From assembly GCA_947165475.1 (NCBI GenBank), contig CAMVAN010000002.1, positions 1-52,056 on the forward strand: DNA of 52,056 nucleotides, written 5' to 3'. A program made the position numbers and the translations under genes. This DNA is from an uncultured Bacillales bacterium. Its GTDB lineage: Bacteria > Bacillota_I > Bacilli_A > RF39 > UBA660. Under the pieces are notes generated by a model, which was given only the letters and a program-made list of their open reading frames with translations, did not search any database and was not told the origin of the DNA. Of this stretch, positions 11,051 to 20,630 are shown piece by piece (positions within the stretch are counted from its first letter, which is position 1; the number at the start of each line of letters is the position of its first letter).

Positions 11051-12076
11051 TTAGTATATAAACATTGCATCTCCAAATGAGAAGAATCGATAATTATTAT
11101 CTACTGCTATTTTATAAGCATTTAATATATTTTCTCTTCCTGCTAAGGCACTAACTAACATTACTAGTGTTGATTTTGGTAAGTGAAAATTAGTGATTAG
11201 ACAGTCGATTGCTTTAAATTGAAAGCCTGGATAGATAAATATATCAGTCCATCCTGAGCATTCTTTAAAGCTTTTTTCTTTTAATAGTATAGTTTCTAAT
11301 GTTCTTGTTGTTGTTGTTCCAACTGCTATTATTCTTCCTCCGTTTTCTTTTGTTTTATTGAGAATACTTGCTGTTTGTTGGGACATACTATAAAATTCAC
11401 TATGCATTTTATGATCTTCTATATTTTTAACGGATACTGGTCGAAATGTTCCTAGTCCTACATGAAGAGTAATATAACAAATATTTACACCTTTTTTTTC
11501 TATCTTCTTTAATAAATCTTTTGTAAAGTGTAGGCCTGCTGTTGGTGCCGCAGCACTTCCTATTTCTTTAGCATAGACAGTTTGATAGCGTGACTGATCT
11601 TTTAATTTTTCATGTATATATGGAGGCAGTGGCATGGTTCCTAGTTTATCTAGAATTTCCATTAATATTCCATTATAAATAAGTTTATAATGTCTTATTC
11701 CTTCCTCCGCTTCTTTTATACACTCTGCTTTTAATAGACCATTTCCAAAAGTAATAATTGTTCCTATTTTAATTCTTCTTGCTGGTTTTGTTAAGCATTC
11801 CCAAATATCATCTTTTATATTTTTTAAAAGTAAAATCTCTATTATTGCTTTTGTATCTTCTTTTTCTCCTATTAATCTAGCTGGTAAAACTTTTGTATCA
11901 TTTAATACTAAGGTATCTCCTTTATTTAGATAATCTATTATATCTGTAAATATTTTATGTTCTATTTTACCATTTTGTTTATTTAGAGTTAGTAGTCTAG
12001 ATGAGTCTCTTTTTTCTAATGGTGTTTGTGCAATTAATTCTTCTTTTAAATCATAATCAAAATCTTCTGTGGTCAT
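11051..12076 (-). CDS. queA: S-adenosylmethionine:tRNA ribosyltransferase-isomerase
   Basis: [25 protein letters not shown]-terminus, [33 protein letters not shown]. Confidence 0.95.
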   Translation of the reverse strand: MTTEDFDYDLKEELIAQTPLEKRDSSRLLTLNKQNGKIEHKIFTDIIDYLNKGDTLVLNDTKVLPARLIGEKEDTKAIIEILLLKNIKDDIWECLTKPARRIKIGTIITFGNGLLKAECIKEAEEGIRHYKLIYNGILMEILDKLGTMPLPPYIHEKLKDQSRYQTVYAKEIGSAAAPTAGLHFTKDLLKKIEKKGVNICYITLHVGLGTFRPVSVKNIEDHKMHSEFYSMSQQTASILNKTKENGGRIIAVGTTTTRTLETILLKEKSFKECSGWTDIFIYPGFQFKAIDCLITNFHLPKSTLVMLVSALAGRENILNAYKIAVDNNYRFFSFGDAMFIY

Positions 12077-12130
12077 ATTACACCTCTTTTACTGAAAAAA
12101 ACTGCCTTTACCAGCGCTTTTCATATTATA

Positions 12131-13147
12131 CTATTTATTTCCTTTTTTGGCAATTCCTAATGCTTCATATGCTAAATCTGTTGCTACTCTACCACGAGCT
12201 GTCCTTTTTAATAGACCTTGCTGAAGCAAATAAGGTTCATATACATCTTCTATTGTTGTTACTTCTTCTCCGATTGAACTACTTAGTGCTTCTACGCCTA
12301 CTGGACCTCCGTTAAAACGATTAATAATTGCATATAATAAGTCTCTATCTGTATTATCTAATCCCATTTTGTCAACTTTTAGTCTATTTAAAGCTTCTTC
12401 TGTTATTTCTAAATTTACAATTCCATTCCCTTTTACCATGGCAAAATCTCTTACTCTTTTAAATAATCTATTGGCAATTCTTGGAGTTCCACGGGATCTT
12501 TTTGCTAGTTCTACTGCAGCATCATCTTTTATTTCTACATTTAATACTCTAGCTGTTCTTTTTATAATATCGGTTAATTCTTCTACTGTATAAAATTGCA
12601 ATTTATTGATTATTCCAAACCTATCTCTTAAAGGAGCACTTAAATCTCCTGCTCTTGTTGTTGCTCCTACAAGGGTAAATGGAGGTAAGTCAATTTTTAT
12701 ATTTCTACTATTTCCTTCACTTCCAACGATTATGTCTAGTGAAAAGTCTTCCATAGCTGGGTACAATATTTCTTCAATATATCTTGGCATTCTATGTATT
12801 TCATCAATGAATAATACATCTCCTTTTTCAAGAGAAGATAGTATTGCGGCTAAATCCCCACTTTTTTCTATACTTGGGCCACTTGCTGTTTTTATATTTG
12901 TTCCTAACTCATGGGCTATAATAAAAGCTAGGGTTGTTTTTCCAAGACCCGGAGGCCCATATAATAAAACATGATCAAGAGATTCATTTCTCATTTTTGC
13001 GGCTTCAACAAATATTTTAATATTTTCTTTTACATCATTCTGACCAATATATTCTTCTATTGTTTCAGGACGTATTGTGTTATCTAATGTATTATCATCA
13101 AATAATTCATAATTATGAATGATATTCTCCTCTTTCAAATTTATCAT
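12131..13147 (-). CDS. ruvB: Holliday junction branch migration ATPase RuvB
   Basis: [11 protein letters not shown], Walker [10 protein letters not shown], Walker B FIDEIHR, sensor [17 protein letters not shown]. The start is uncertain by a few codons (ATG 13147 or TTG 13138). Confidence 0.95.
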   Translation of the reverse strand: MINLKEENIIHNYELFDDNTLDNTIRPETIEEYIGQNDVKENIKIFVEAAKMRNESLDHVLLYGPPGLGKTTLAFIIAHELGTNIKTASGPSIEKSGDLAAILSSLEKGDVLFIDEIHRMPRYIEEILYPAMEDFSLDIIVGSEGNSRNIKIDLPPFTLVGATTRAGDLSAPLRDRFGIINKLQFYTVEELTDIIKRTARVLNVEIKDDAAVELAKRSRGTPRIANRLFKRVRDFAMVKGNGIVNLEITEEALNRLKVDKMGLDNTDRDLLYAIINRFNGGPVGVEALSSSIGEEVTTIEDVYEPYLLQQGLLKRTARGRVATDLAYEALGIAKKGNK

Positions 13148-13508
13148 ACTCCTTTTTTATTAATCTACAAATTTTTTTAGTTTCTGTAGGATTTATTTCA
13201 GTAGGCGAATTTAGTAATAAAAATAGTTTTAAATAATTTAATAAACTATTAATTTCCATTGATTCCATTTCGTTATTTATTATTTTATAGTAATATTCTT
13301 CAAAAAAATCTTTAATAGTTTTATTGTATTCATATATTATTTTTTTTTCTTCATAGTAATCGTATATTTTTTCTAATATTATTCTTATATGAATAGTTGA
13401 TAAACAAACATCTTTGAAATAGTCTTCTACTAATGTGTCAATCATTTCTTCAACATCTTCAAGATTTTTTTCAAGGTAATAATTTTTTATTGATAACTCT
13501 TTATTCAT
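13113..13508 (-). CDS. Hypothetical 131-aa acidic/Tyr-rich protein inserted between ruvA and ruvB
   Basis: The ORF starts 1 nt after the ruvA stop (TAAtATG) and overlaps the ruvB start by 35 nt. No recognisable motif. Confidence 0.5.
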   Translation of the reverse strand: MNKELSIKNYYLEKNLEDVEEMIDTLVEDYFKDVCLSTIHIRIILEKIYDYYEEKKIIYEYNKTIKDFFEEYYYKIINNEMESMEINSLLNYLKLFLLLNSPTEINPTETKKICRLIKKEYDKFERGEYHS

Positions 13509-13509
13509 A

Positions 13510-14073
13510 TTATTTTAATAAAAGTTTTAAAGCATCTTTTACTTGTTCTTCTATTGATAGAGAAGTGTTTACTCGAGCAAGCACTGGCTTTATTTCTTTT
13601 TCTTTATATCCTAATCCTATTAATACTTCTTTTAATTCATTTTCTGTTTCTACTTGATCATCTGAAATTCCTACTCCAATAAATTCTAATTTTCCTTTTA
13701 AGTCTAATACTATTTGTTTTGCTAATTTGTCTCCTATTTTAGGGAATTTTTTTAAGTATAGAATATTTTCTCTTTCAATTGCGTCCATTATCCCATTAAT
13801 TGACCCTACTGCTAATATTGGTAAAGCCATTTTACAACCTAGACCTTTTACACTTATTAGTTTTAAAAATAAATCTTTTTCTTCTACTGTTTTAAATCCA
13901 TATAGTAAATGTTCATCTTCTTGTATTTGTTGATATACAAATACTTTATAGTCTTTCCCTATTTCAAATGAATATGGGTTAGATACATGTATTAAGTACC
14001 CTATTCCATTGTTGTCTAGTACTATTGAATTATTTTTAATAGTAGTAATTGTTCCTTTAATATAATCGTACAT
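13510..14073 (-). CDS. ruvA: Holliday junction DNA helicase subunit RuvA
   Basis: MYDYIKGTI...GIGYLIHVS OB-fold N-terminus, HhH region LISVKGLGCKMAL and FPKIGDKLAKQI, and a domain III tail. Confidence 0.92.
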   Translation of the reverse strand: MYDYIKGTITTIKNNSIVLDNNGIGYLIHVSNPYSFEIGKDYKVFVYQQIQEDEHLLYGFKTVEEKDLFLKLISVKGLGCKMALPILAVGSINGIMDAIERENILYLKKFPKIGDKLAKQIVLDLKGKLEFIGVGISDDQVETENELKEVLIGLGYKEKEIKPVLARVNTSLSIEEQVKDALKLLLK

Positions 14074-14090
14074 ATTATCACTCCAATATA

Positions 14091-14119
14091 ATTATACTTG
14101 TTTTTTTTACTTGAATCAA
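14091..14119 (-). promoter_or_regulatory. Sigma-A-type promoter for the ruvA operon
   Basis: On the minus strand: TTGATT (14114-14119), a 17-nt spacer, then TATAAT (14091-14096), about 18 nt upstream of the ruvA ATG region. Confidence 0.6.
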
Positions 14120-14153
14120 TTATTCCTATGAAATTCTTATTATTTATATTACG

Positions 14154-14179
14154 TTAAAAAAATCTCTTGCCAGAGATTT
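14154..14179 (-). terminator. Rho-independent terminator after the 181-aa membrane protein gene
   Basis: AAATCTCT(14160-14167)/AGAGATTT(14172-14179) stem with a 4-nt loop. A T-run follows on the minus transcript. The stem overlaps the stop codon. Confidence 0.65.
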
Positions 14180-14723
14180 ATTTTTTTTTCTTTCTTGTTT
14201 TAAAATATATTTTTGCTTGCTGAAATCTATTATCTAAATTTTCTCTTAGATTCGGAAATAATCTTGGTACAATAATAAATACTAGCCAAAAGCAGTCAAT
14301 ATATTTTCCTGTTATAAATGCATGAATTGATAAAAGAATAATTATTAAATAAAATAATAAAATACAGATTACTACTATTAGATTAGTAATATTATTTAAA
14401 TTTCTTTTACCATCAAAGTTTATATCTTTTCTTTTTATTAATTTATCAGCTTTTTCTTTAAATTTTTCATATCTTTCTTCAATCTCTTCAAAAGATTTAA
14501 TGTTATCTTTTGAATGGTAAGTATCTTCTCTATATGTGAATGAATAATCTTCATTGATAGTTAGATCTACATTTTGGTAATTATCTATATCTAAGTCTAC
14601 AGAAAATTCTTCTGAGAATATTTTTAATAGTTGATTTCTACATTTATTAGATATGAAACTGGATTCATTTATATATATTTTTAATTCATTATTAATTTTA
14701 TTTCTTTTTTCTTCTATCTTCAT
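14178..14723 (-). CDS. Hypothetical protein with a C-terminal double TM anchor
   Basis: 181 aa. Charged N-terminal part, then two hydrophobic helices (LIVVICILLFYLIIILLSI and CFWLVFIIVPRLF). No known motif. Confidence 0.45.
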   Translation of the reverse strand: MKIEEKRNKINNELKIYINESSFISNKCRNQLLKIFSEEFSVDLDIDNYQNVDLTINEDYSFTYREDTYHSKDNIKSFEEIEERYEKFKEKADKLIKRKDINFDGKRNLNNITNLIVVICILLFYLIIILLSIHAFITGKYIDCFWLVFIIVPRLFPNLRENLDNRFQQAKIYFKTRKKKK

Positions 14724-14733
14724 AGAATCACCT

Positions 14734-15456
14734 TTATTCTTCTTTTAAATTATAATAAACGTCTTGAACATCATCTAAATCTTCTAAGGCATCAATTAGT
14801 TTCATTACTTTTTCTTGTCCTTCTTCATCTTGTAATATTTCCATATTTGGAACGTATGTTAATTCACATTCTAAGAATTCTTTTACTCCTGCGTTTTCTA
14901 GTGCATCACGAACTGATGTGAATGAGTTTTGATCTGTTGTGATTAAGTAGTTGTTTTCTTGTTTTTCAAAGTCTATTGCTCCAGCATCAAGAGATGTCAT
15001 CATCATCTCATCTTCATCATATTCGCCGGGTATTACAATTGATCCTCTTCTTTCAAATATATAACTTACGGATCCATCTGTTCCTAGGTTTCCACCGTAT
15101 TTTGTAAATGTACTTCTAACCTGTGAAGCTGTACGATTTCTATTGTCTGTTAGGCAGTCAACCATTATAGCAACTCCACCGTGACCGTATCCTTCGTAGC
15201 GTACATTTTCATAGTTTGCTCCATCAGAAGAACCTGTTGCTTTTTCTATAGCCTTTTGTATATTATCCTTTGGCATATTTTGAGCTTTTGCTTTATCTAC
15301 AGCTAATCTTAGTGCTGCATTTTGATTAGGATCTGGAGAACCACCTTTTGCTGCTACCATAATTTCTTTTGCTAATTTTTGAAATATTTTTCCTCTTTGT
15401 TGGTCTAATAGTCCTTTTTTTCTATGAATGGTTGCCCATTTTGAATGTCCACTCAT
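14734..15456 (-). CDS. yebC: YebC/PmpR family DNA-binding transcriptional regulator
   Basis: MSGHSKWATIHRKKG...NMPKDNI...YEGYGHGGVAIMV are family hallmarks. Confidence 0.93.
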   Translation of the reverse strand: MSGHSKWATIHRKKGLLDQQRGKIFQKLAKEIMVAAKGGSPDPNQNAALRLAVDKAKAQNMPKDNIQKAIEKATGSSDGANYENVRYEGYGHGGVAIMVDCLTDNRNRTASQVRSTFTKYGGNLGTDGSVSYIFERRGSIVIPGEYDEDEMMMTSLDAGAIDFEKQENNYLITTDQNSFTSVRDALENAGVKEFLECELTYVPNMEILQDEEGQEKVMKLIDALEDLDDVQDVYYNLKEE

Positions 15457-15539
15457 AGTACACCTCCTTTTCTTTCTTTATTATGATATCATAAAAATGA
15501 ATTGAAATATAGCTTTTTTTTGAAACTATGTTAAAATAA

Positions 15540-15881
15540 ATGAAAGGAATGATTATTATGCTAATAAAATTAAGAGGGAAGAAAATTAACATTATTGAGA
15601 TGAAAAGTCTTAAAGATAAAATTAAGTCTTTTAAATTTGTACTAGAACCTATTGATTATGGTATTGTTTTTTATAATAAAAAAATAATTAATACTTACTT
15701 TTTCTGTCAGAGAGTTGATATTTGTTGTTGTGATAAAAATCATAAAATTATCAAATTATATGAAGACTTTCCTAGTGAAAAAATTAGATTTATTAAAAAT
15801 TGCTATTCTATTTATTATCTTCCTCTGAATACTTGTAAGTATTATGATGTAGGTGAAATTTTTAAAGTAAAAGAGCAATAA
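15540..15881 (+). CDS. DUF192-like small protein
   Basis: The pattern FKFVLEPIDYGIVF...INTYFFCQRVDICCCDKNHKIIKLYEDFP matches the DUF192 layout (GLlf..c..iHt.fM.f.iDvvflD...kV). The real start is more likely the ATG at 15558, 9 nt after AAAGGA. Confidence 0.45.
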   Translation: MKGMIIMLIKLRGKKINIIEMKSLKDKIKSFKFVLEPIDYGIVFYNKKIINTYFFCQRVDICCCDKNHKIIKLYEDFPSEKIRFIKNCYSIYYLPLNTCKYYDVGEIFKVKEQ

Positions 15882-15883
15882 TT

Positions 15884-16696
15884 CTATTGTTCTTTATTCA
15901 TTTCTTTATATATTAATGTCTTTTCTATTACCATTTTTACACTATTATCATTAAAAGGTTTTTCAAGCATATCTACTATATCATATGTAAATGCTTTATC
16001 AATTGTTTCTTTCGAAGAGTCTCCTGATATGATTGATACAGGCATTTTATGAAATAGTTTATTTTCTCTCATAAAATCTAGTACAGCAAAACCATCAACT
16101 TTTGGCATATTTAAGTCTAATAGTATTGTTTCAATATAATTATTATTTAAGTTTGCTTTAATAATATTTATTGCTTCTTCTCCGTTTTCTGCTGTTCCTA
16201 CATTATACTTTTCACTAAATATTCTTTTTACAAAGTTTCTTATGATATTTGAATCATCAACAACAAGTATCGTTTTTTGTGTATATTGTTCTATGCTATT
16301 TGTATCTGTTGTTTTTTCATTTTGCTCAGAATTATTGTCATCTTTCATATATTCTTGTATTAATAAAATTGCTTTGTTTGTTTCTTGTATTAAATCATTA
16401 ATGTGACTTGCTATATAAGAGTAATCTCCTGCTTTACTTTTCATTTCGTGCTCATACGCCATATCTCCTAATGTTGTAAAGCCAAAGTATCTTGCGTCAC
16501 TTTTCATTGAATGTACTGTTATTGCATAATTTGCTAAATCTCTTTCTTTCATGAATTTGATTAATTGGTTGATTTTTGTATGAATTCCTACTAATAATTC
16601 TCCTATCGTTTCATTATATGTTGTACTATCACCAAATAATTCTAAGCTTTTATCTACATCTACACCATTTTCTTTTAAAAAATTTAAACTTTTCAT
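15884..16696 (-). CDS. Hpt domain - response regulator receiver fusion protein with no output domain
   Basis: N-terminal Hpt with the phosphorylatable His motif HSMKSDARYFGF. C-terminal REC with VVDDS, LLDLNMPKVDG and a conserved Lys region. Confidence 0.8.
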   Translation of the reverse strand: MKSLNFLKENGVDVDKSLELFGDSTTYNETIGELLVGIHTKINQLIKFMKERDLANYAITVHSMKSDARYFGFTTLGDMAYEHEMKSKAGDYSYIASHINDLIQETNKAILLIQEYMKDDNNSEQNEKTTDTNSIEQYTQKTILVVDDSNIIRNFVKRIFSEKYNVGTAENGEEAINIIKANLNNNYIETILLDLNMPKVDGFAVLDFMRENKLFHKMPVSIISGDSSKETIDKAFTYDIVDMLEKPFNDNSVKMVIEKTLIYKEMNKEQ

Positions 16697-16713
16697 ATCA
16701 CACCTCTATTTTT

Positions 16714-17460
16714 TTAATTATACCTTATATTTTTTGGAAAGGCAATTATATTATTCGGTTTTTTTCTTATATAAGTCTTATTAATGAGAACAGGATATGA
16801 GGAATGGTATTTATATAGATATTCTATAATTAATGGTGGTCTATTTGCTTTTTTTAATTTATTATTTGTATTTAATATTATGGCATGTATCCATTCTTCT
16901 GGGCAGGTATAAAAGTCAAATTCATCACCATGTAACCCTCCATCACATAGAGCTACTATGAAGTCTAGATTGTTATTTATGGCATATTCTATAGCAATCT
17001 CTGCTGCTTTTTTTGCCATAAAACTTATTATTAAATTATAATCTTTAATGTTTTCTTTTTGTTTAAATAATTTTCTTTTTATTTTTAGTTTTTTATTCTT
17101 TTTAATATTTTTATAAATTAAAGGATCATAAACAGTTATTGTTCCTGAAGTTAATTTTTTTGATATTCTTATAGCGAGTCTTGGATTGAATCCTTCTCCT
17201 ATTTCAAGTATTTTTTTTTCTTTGTAGTTCATTTTTTCTAATAGTTTTATATATTCATTATAAATATTATTATTCTCTGAGATGATTTCACATTCATCAT
17301 ATATTTGTTGGATTTCTAATGGAAGAAAGATATTTTTATTTTTTTTATAGTACTTTAGAAAATCGAATATATATTTTTCTTCATTTTCTGTAAAACAATG
17401 CGAATATTTATTTAAATATTTTTCTATTTTTTCTTTATCTGTCATTTTTTCTCCTTCCAT
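16714..17460 (-). CDS. Hypothetical protein, possibly Rossmann-like (weak UPF0146-like resemblance)
   Basis: KILEIGEGFNPRLAIRISKK...ITVYDP resembles a nucleotide/SAM-binding strand-loop. Otherwise unrecognised. Overlaps the upstream EEP gene by 19 nt. Confidence 0.3.
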   Translation of the reverse strand: MEGEKMTDKEKIEKYLNKYSHCFTENEEKYIFDFLKYYKKNKNIFLPLEIQQIYDECEIISENNNIYNEYIKLLEKMNYKEKKILEIGEGFNPRLAIRISKKLTSGTITVYDPLIYKNIKKNKKLKIKRKLFKQKENIKDYNLIISFMAKKAAEIAIEYAINNNLDFIVALCDGGLHGDEFDFYTCPEEWIHAIILNTNNKLKKANRPPLIIEYLYKYHSSYPVLINKTYIRKKPNNIIAFPKNIRYN

Positions 17461-18146
17461 TTTATTTTTATTAGGACAGGATAATGGTCACTAATTGGTA
17501 TTTCTGTTATTAATTTTTTTTCTATTAATTTAAATTCACTAGAAATAAATATATGATCTATTGCTCGATGATATTTTGAATTTTTCCATGTTTTTTCTTT
17601 AATATCATAGTGTATTATCCCTTTTTCTTTTAATTTGCTTTTAAATTCTTTAAAGGGTGTATGTATATTTTTTAAATTAAAATCTCCTGTTAATATGCTT
17701 GGATTTTTATCTTTTGATATAATTTTTAATATTTTTTTTAATTGACGGCGTTTAGCTATTTCTGATAAGTAGTCAATATGAGTATTATAGATTGATACTT
17801 CTTTTCCTTCTATTATTACTATTTCTTTTGTTAATACTCTTCTTAATAATGATGGCAGAAATGGCAAATTATATGTTTTCTTTTTTATTACTTGATATTT
17901 TGTTATTATTGGGCACCTTTCATTTATTTTTTTAAATATTAATGGTATATGGAATCGATATTTTCCATAATTATTATAATTAATATTATTTAATTGATTT
18001 ATAAGAGATTTATCTATGTATTTTGATAATTCCTGTAAATTTAAGATATCTATATTATATTTATTTATAAAATTTAATATAGAGTTAATTTTTTCTTCTG
18101 AATATATTCTATCATTTTGTATGTTAAATGTTGCTACTACAATCAT
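17442..18146 (-). CDS. Endonuclease/exonuclease/phosphatase (EEP) family protein
   Basis: TFNIQN N-terminus, LQEL, TGDFN, DHIFIS and SDHYPV motifs. The start ATG overlaps the obg stop (TAATG). Confidence 0.8.
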   Translation of the reverse strand: MIVVATFNIQNDRIYSEEKINSILNFINKYNIDILNLQELSKYIDKSLINQLNNINYNNYGKYRFHIPLIFKKINERCPIITKYQVIKKKTYNLPFLPSLLRRVLTKEIVIIEGKEVSIYNTHIDYLSEIAKRRQLKKILKIISKDKNPSILTGDFNLKNIHTPFKEFKSKLKEKGIIHYDIKEKTWKNSKYHRAIDHIFISSEFKLIEKKLITEIPISDHYPVLIKIKWKEKK

Positions 18147-19432
18147 TAATCTTTAAAATCAAAGTAAAAATCTAATATTCTTACTTGATCTCCTTCTTTT
18201 GCTCCTAATTCTCTAAGCTTATCATCTATGCCCATTTTTCTTAATTTTTTGGCAAAACGATAGATTGCTTCATCTGATGTAAATTTTGTTCTTTTAAATA
18301 TTTTTTCTATCTCATTTCCATATATATGCCATAATCCTTCTTCTTCTTTTTCTATTTTGTATGGTTCTTCTTTTTTAAATTTGTATAATATGTGTGATTC
18401 TACTTGCGATTCGTCATATAATGGATTAAATGGTATTTTTTCTAACATTTCTGATAAATGGTCCACTACTTTTTGCAATCCTGTATTTGATAAGGCACTT
18501 ACTTCAAATATATCTATATTTTTTACTTTTTTCTTAAATTCTTTTAGATTTTCACTTGCACCTTCTATGTCCATTTTATTTGCTATTATGATTTGTGGTT
18601 TATCTAATAATTTTGAATTAAATTCTTCTAGTTCTTTATTTATTAAGATATAGTCTTCGTATGGATTTCTTCCTTCAAATCCACTCATATCTATAACATG
18701 GGCTATTACTCTTGTTCTTTCGATATGCTTTAAAAATTTATCTCCTAATCCTTCTCCTTTTGAGGCGTTTTCTATTAATCCTGGGAGATCTGCCATTACA
18801 AAGCTTTTTCCGAATGAAGATTTAACGACTCCTAGGTTGGGATTTAATGTTGTAAAATGATAGGCTGCAATTTTTGGCTTTGATGCAGAAACGCAGGAAA
18901 TTATTGTACTTTTTCCGACACTTGGAAGGCCAACTAGGCCAACATCAGCTAATAGTTTTAGTTCTACTTTTAATGTTTTAGACTCTCCTTCTTCTCCGTT
19001 TTCTGAATAGTTTGGAGCTGGATTATTTTGTGTTTTGAATGCTGTGTTTCCTCTTCCCCCTCGACCTCCTCTAGCAATTATTTCTTCTTGATTTTTTTGG
19101 GATAAATCTGCTATAACTAATCCTGTTTCTGCATCTGTTACTACTGTTCCTTGTGGGACTTTTATAATTAATGGCTCGGCACCTTTTCCATGTTGATTTT
19201 TTCCTCTACCGTTTTCTCCGTTTTTGGCTTTTATTAGTTTTTGATATCTTAAATCTAATAAAGTGTGAAGACCTTCATCTACTTTAAAAAGAATATCTGC
19301 TCCATGGCCTCCGTTACCTCCGTATGGTCCACCCATTTCAATGTATTTTTCTCTTCTAAAGGCGCAGCAACCATCTCCACCTTTTCCTGCTTCTACTTTT
19401 ATTATTACTTCATCTACAAACATATTATCCAC
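18146..19432 (-). CDS. obg: GTPase Obg/CgtA
   Basis: FVDEV...GGDGC glycine-rich Obg fold, G1 GLPSVGKST, G3 DLPGLIE, G4 NKMD, and a C-terminal OCT domain. Confidence 0.95.
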   Translation of the reverse strand: MDNMFVDEVIIKVEAGKGGDGCCAFRREKYIEMGGPYGGNGGHGADILFKVDEGLHTLLDLRYQKLIKAKNGENGRGKNQHGKGAEPLIIKVPQGTVVTDAETGLVIADLSQKNQEEIIARGGRGGRGNTAFKTQNNPAPNYSENGEEGESKTLKVELKLLADVGLVGLPSVGKSTIISCVSASKPKIAAYHFTTLNPNLGVVKSSFGKSFVMADLPGLIENASKGEGLGDKFLKHIERTRVIAHVIDMSGFEGRNPYEDYILINKELEEFNSKLLDKPQIIIANKMDIEGASENLKEFKKKVKNIDIFEVSALSNTGLQKVVDHLSEMLEKIPFNPLYDESQVESHILYKFKKEEPYKIEKEEEGLWHIYGNEIEKIFKRTKFTSDEAIYRFAKKLRKMGIDDKLRELGAKEGDQVRILDFYFDFKD

Positions 19433-19446
19433 CTCTTTTTTCTTAT

Positions 19447-19482
19447 ATTAAAAAAATAAAACAGGTATTATAATTAACCTGC
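19447..19482 (-). terminator. Rho-independent terminator/attenuator between rpmA and obg
   Basis: CAGGT(19462-19466)/ACCTG(19477-19481) stem, followed on the minus transcript by TTTTATTTTTTT. Confidence 0.55.
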
Positions 19483-19488
19483 TCTATA

Positions 19489-19779
19489 TTATTCTCCAAC
19501 TGGATATACACAAGCTTGTTTTTTGTCTCTTCCTAGTCTTTCATATTTTACTATACCATCAATTACTGAGAATATTGTATCATCATTTCCACGTCTAGTA
19601 TTTTTCCCTGGAAATATTTTTGTTCCTCTTTGACGATATATAATAGAACCGGCTGTTACAAATTCACCATCACTTGCTTTGGCTCCTAGTCTACGTCCTG
19701 CTGAATCTCTACCATTAGATGTAGAACCTTGTCCTTTATGATGGGCAAATAACTGTATATCTAATTTTAAAAATTTCAT
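19489..19779 (-). CDS. rpmA: 50S ribosomal protein L27 with an N-terminal Prp-cleavable propeptide
   Basis: [11 protein letters not shown]|[15 protein letters not shown]: a canonical L27 core preceded by the Firmicute-type extension. Confidence 0.95.
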   Translation of the reverse strand: MKFLKLDIQLFAHHKGQGSTSNGRDSAGRRLGAKASDGEFVTAGSIIYRQRGTKIFPGKNTRRGNDDTIFSVIDGIVKYERLGRDKKQACVYPVGE

Positions 19780-19790
19780 AGTTATCCTCC

Positions 19791-20093
19791 TTACTTTACT
19801 TCAATGTTATTGGGATAATTCCCTGATAGTTCTTTTAATAGCTTTATCATATTTTTTATAAGTAATTGTGTTGTTCTATCTTCTGATTTAACATCAATAG
19901 TCATTCCTTTTTTACTTACCATGTAACTAATATTATTATTATCTATTGAAAGAATACCATTTACAGTAGTTGTTATAATACTACTACATGCACTACAAAC
20001 AATATCTTTTCCATAATCGTCATACATTGCATGTCCGATAATTTTTATTTTTTTATATTTTGCATTCTCTTTTTCTATTCTTACTTGAATCAT
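19791..20093 (-). CDS. prp: Ribosomal-processing cysteine protease Prp (YsxB family)
   Basis: 100 aa lying between rplU and rpmA. Carries the conserved GHA...D..VCSACS His/Cys dyad region. Confidence 0.85.
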   Translation of the reverse strand: MIQVRIEKENAKYKKIKIIGHAMYDDYGKDIVCSACSSIITTTVNGILSIDNNNISYMVSKKGMTIDVKSEDRTTQLLIKNMIKLLKELSGNYPNNIEVK

Positions 20094-20095
20094 AT

Positions 20096-20398
20096 TTATC
20101 CATTAATTTTTGTAATCTTTACTTTAGTATATGGTTGTCTGTGTCCATGAGTAACACGATTTGATCTATCTTTACTCTTGTATTTAAATACTCTTATTTT
20201 TTTACTCTTACCTTGTTTTATAACTTCTCCAGTAACGGTAACATTAGTAAGATAAGGATTTCCAACTTTTGAATCAAGCATTAATACTTGATTAAAAGTA
20301 ACAGTATCACCTGCTTCACAATTTATTTTTTCAACATAAATTTCAGTGCCTTCTGTAACGTGATATTGTTTTCCCCCAACTTTAATTACAGCGTTCAT
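20096..20398 (-). CDS. rplU: 50S ribosomal protein L21
   Basis: MNAVIKVGGKQYHVTEG...GHRQPYTKVKI. Confidence 0.95.
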   Translation of the reverse strand: MNAVIKVGGKQYHVTEGTEIYVEKINCEAGDTVTFNQVLMLDSKVGNPYLTNVTVTGEVIKQGKSKKIRVFKYKSKDRSNRVTHGHRQPYTKVKITKING

Positions 20399-20488
20399 AT
20401 TTTACCTCCTTTTTTTAACTTAAGACTCGCTCTTAAGGTACATAAGTGTTTTTACCTTTTCAATGCGGTTTGAGCATGAGGCTTCAAA
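20399..20488 (-). promoter_or_regulatory. Structured 5' leader of rplU (probable L21 ribosomal-protein leader)
   Basis: A leader of about 90 nt between a consensus promoter and the rplU RBS. It is relatively GC-rich for this genome and has hairpins GGTA...TACC and CTTAAG-agcgagt-CTTAAG just before AAGGAGG. Confidence 0.4.
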
Positions 20489-20495
20489 CAGTATG

Positions 20496-20525
20496 ATTAT
20501 ACCATATTCTTTTTATTATTGTCAA
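20496..20525 (-). promoter_or_regulatory. Consensus sigma-A promoter of the rplU-prp-rpmA operon
   Basis: On the minus strand: TTGACA (20520-20525), an 18-nt spacer ending in TGG, then TATAAT (20496-20501), i.e. an extended -10. Confidence 0.8.
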
Positions 20526-20630
20526 TTATTCTTTTTTTAACTTTTGCTTTATCGTTATTATTATTTAATATATAGGTTTCTAGATCCTTTTTACTCTTCT
20601 AAGTTTTAATTATTATTTTATTTTTAATCT

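Noticed and set aside
12369-12974. Plus-strand ORFs of 74 and 122 aa antisense to ruvB
   Set aside because: They lie entirely inside a confidently identified gene on the other strand, have no RBS and have low-complexity composition. This is a typical antisense artefact.
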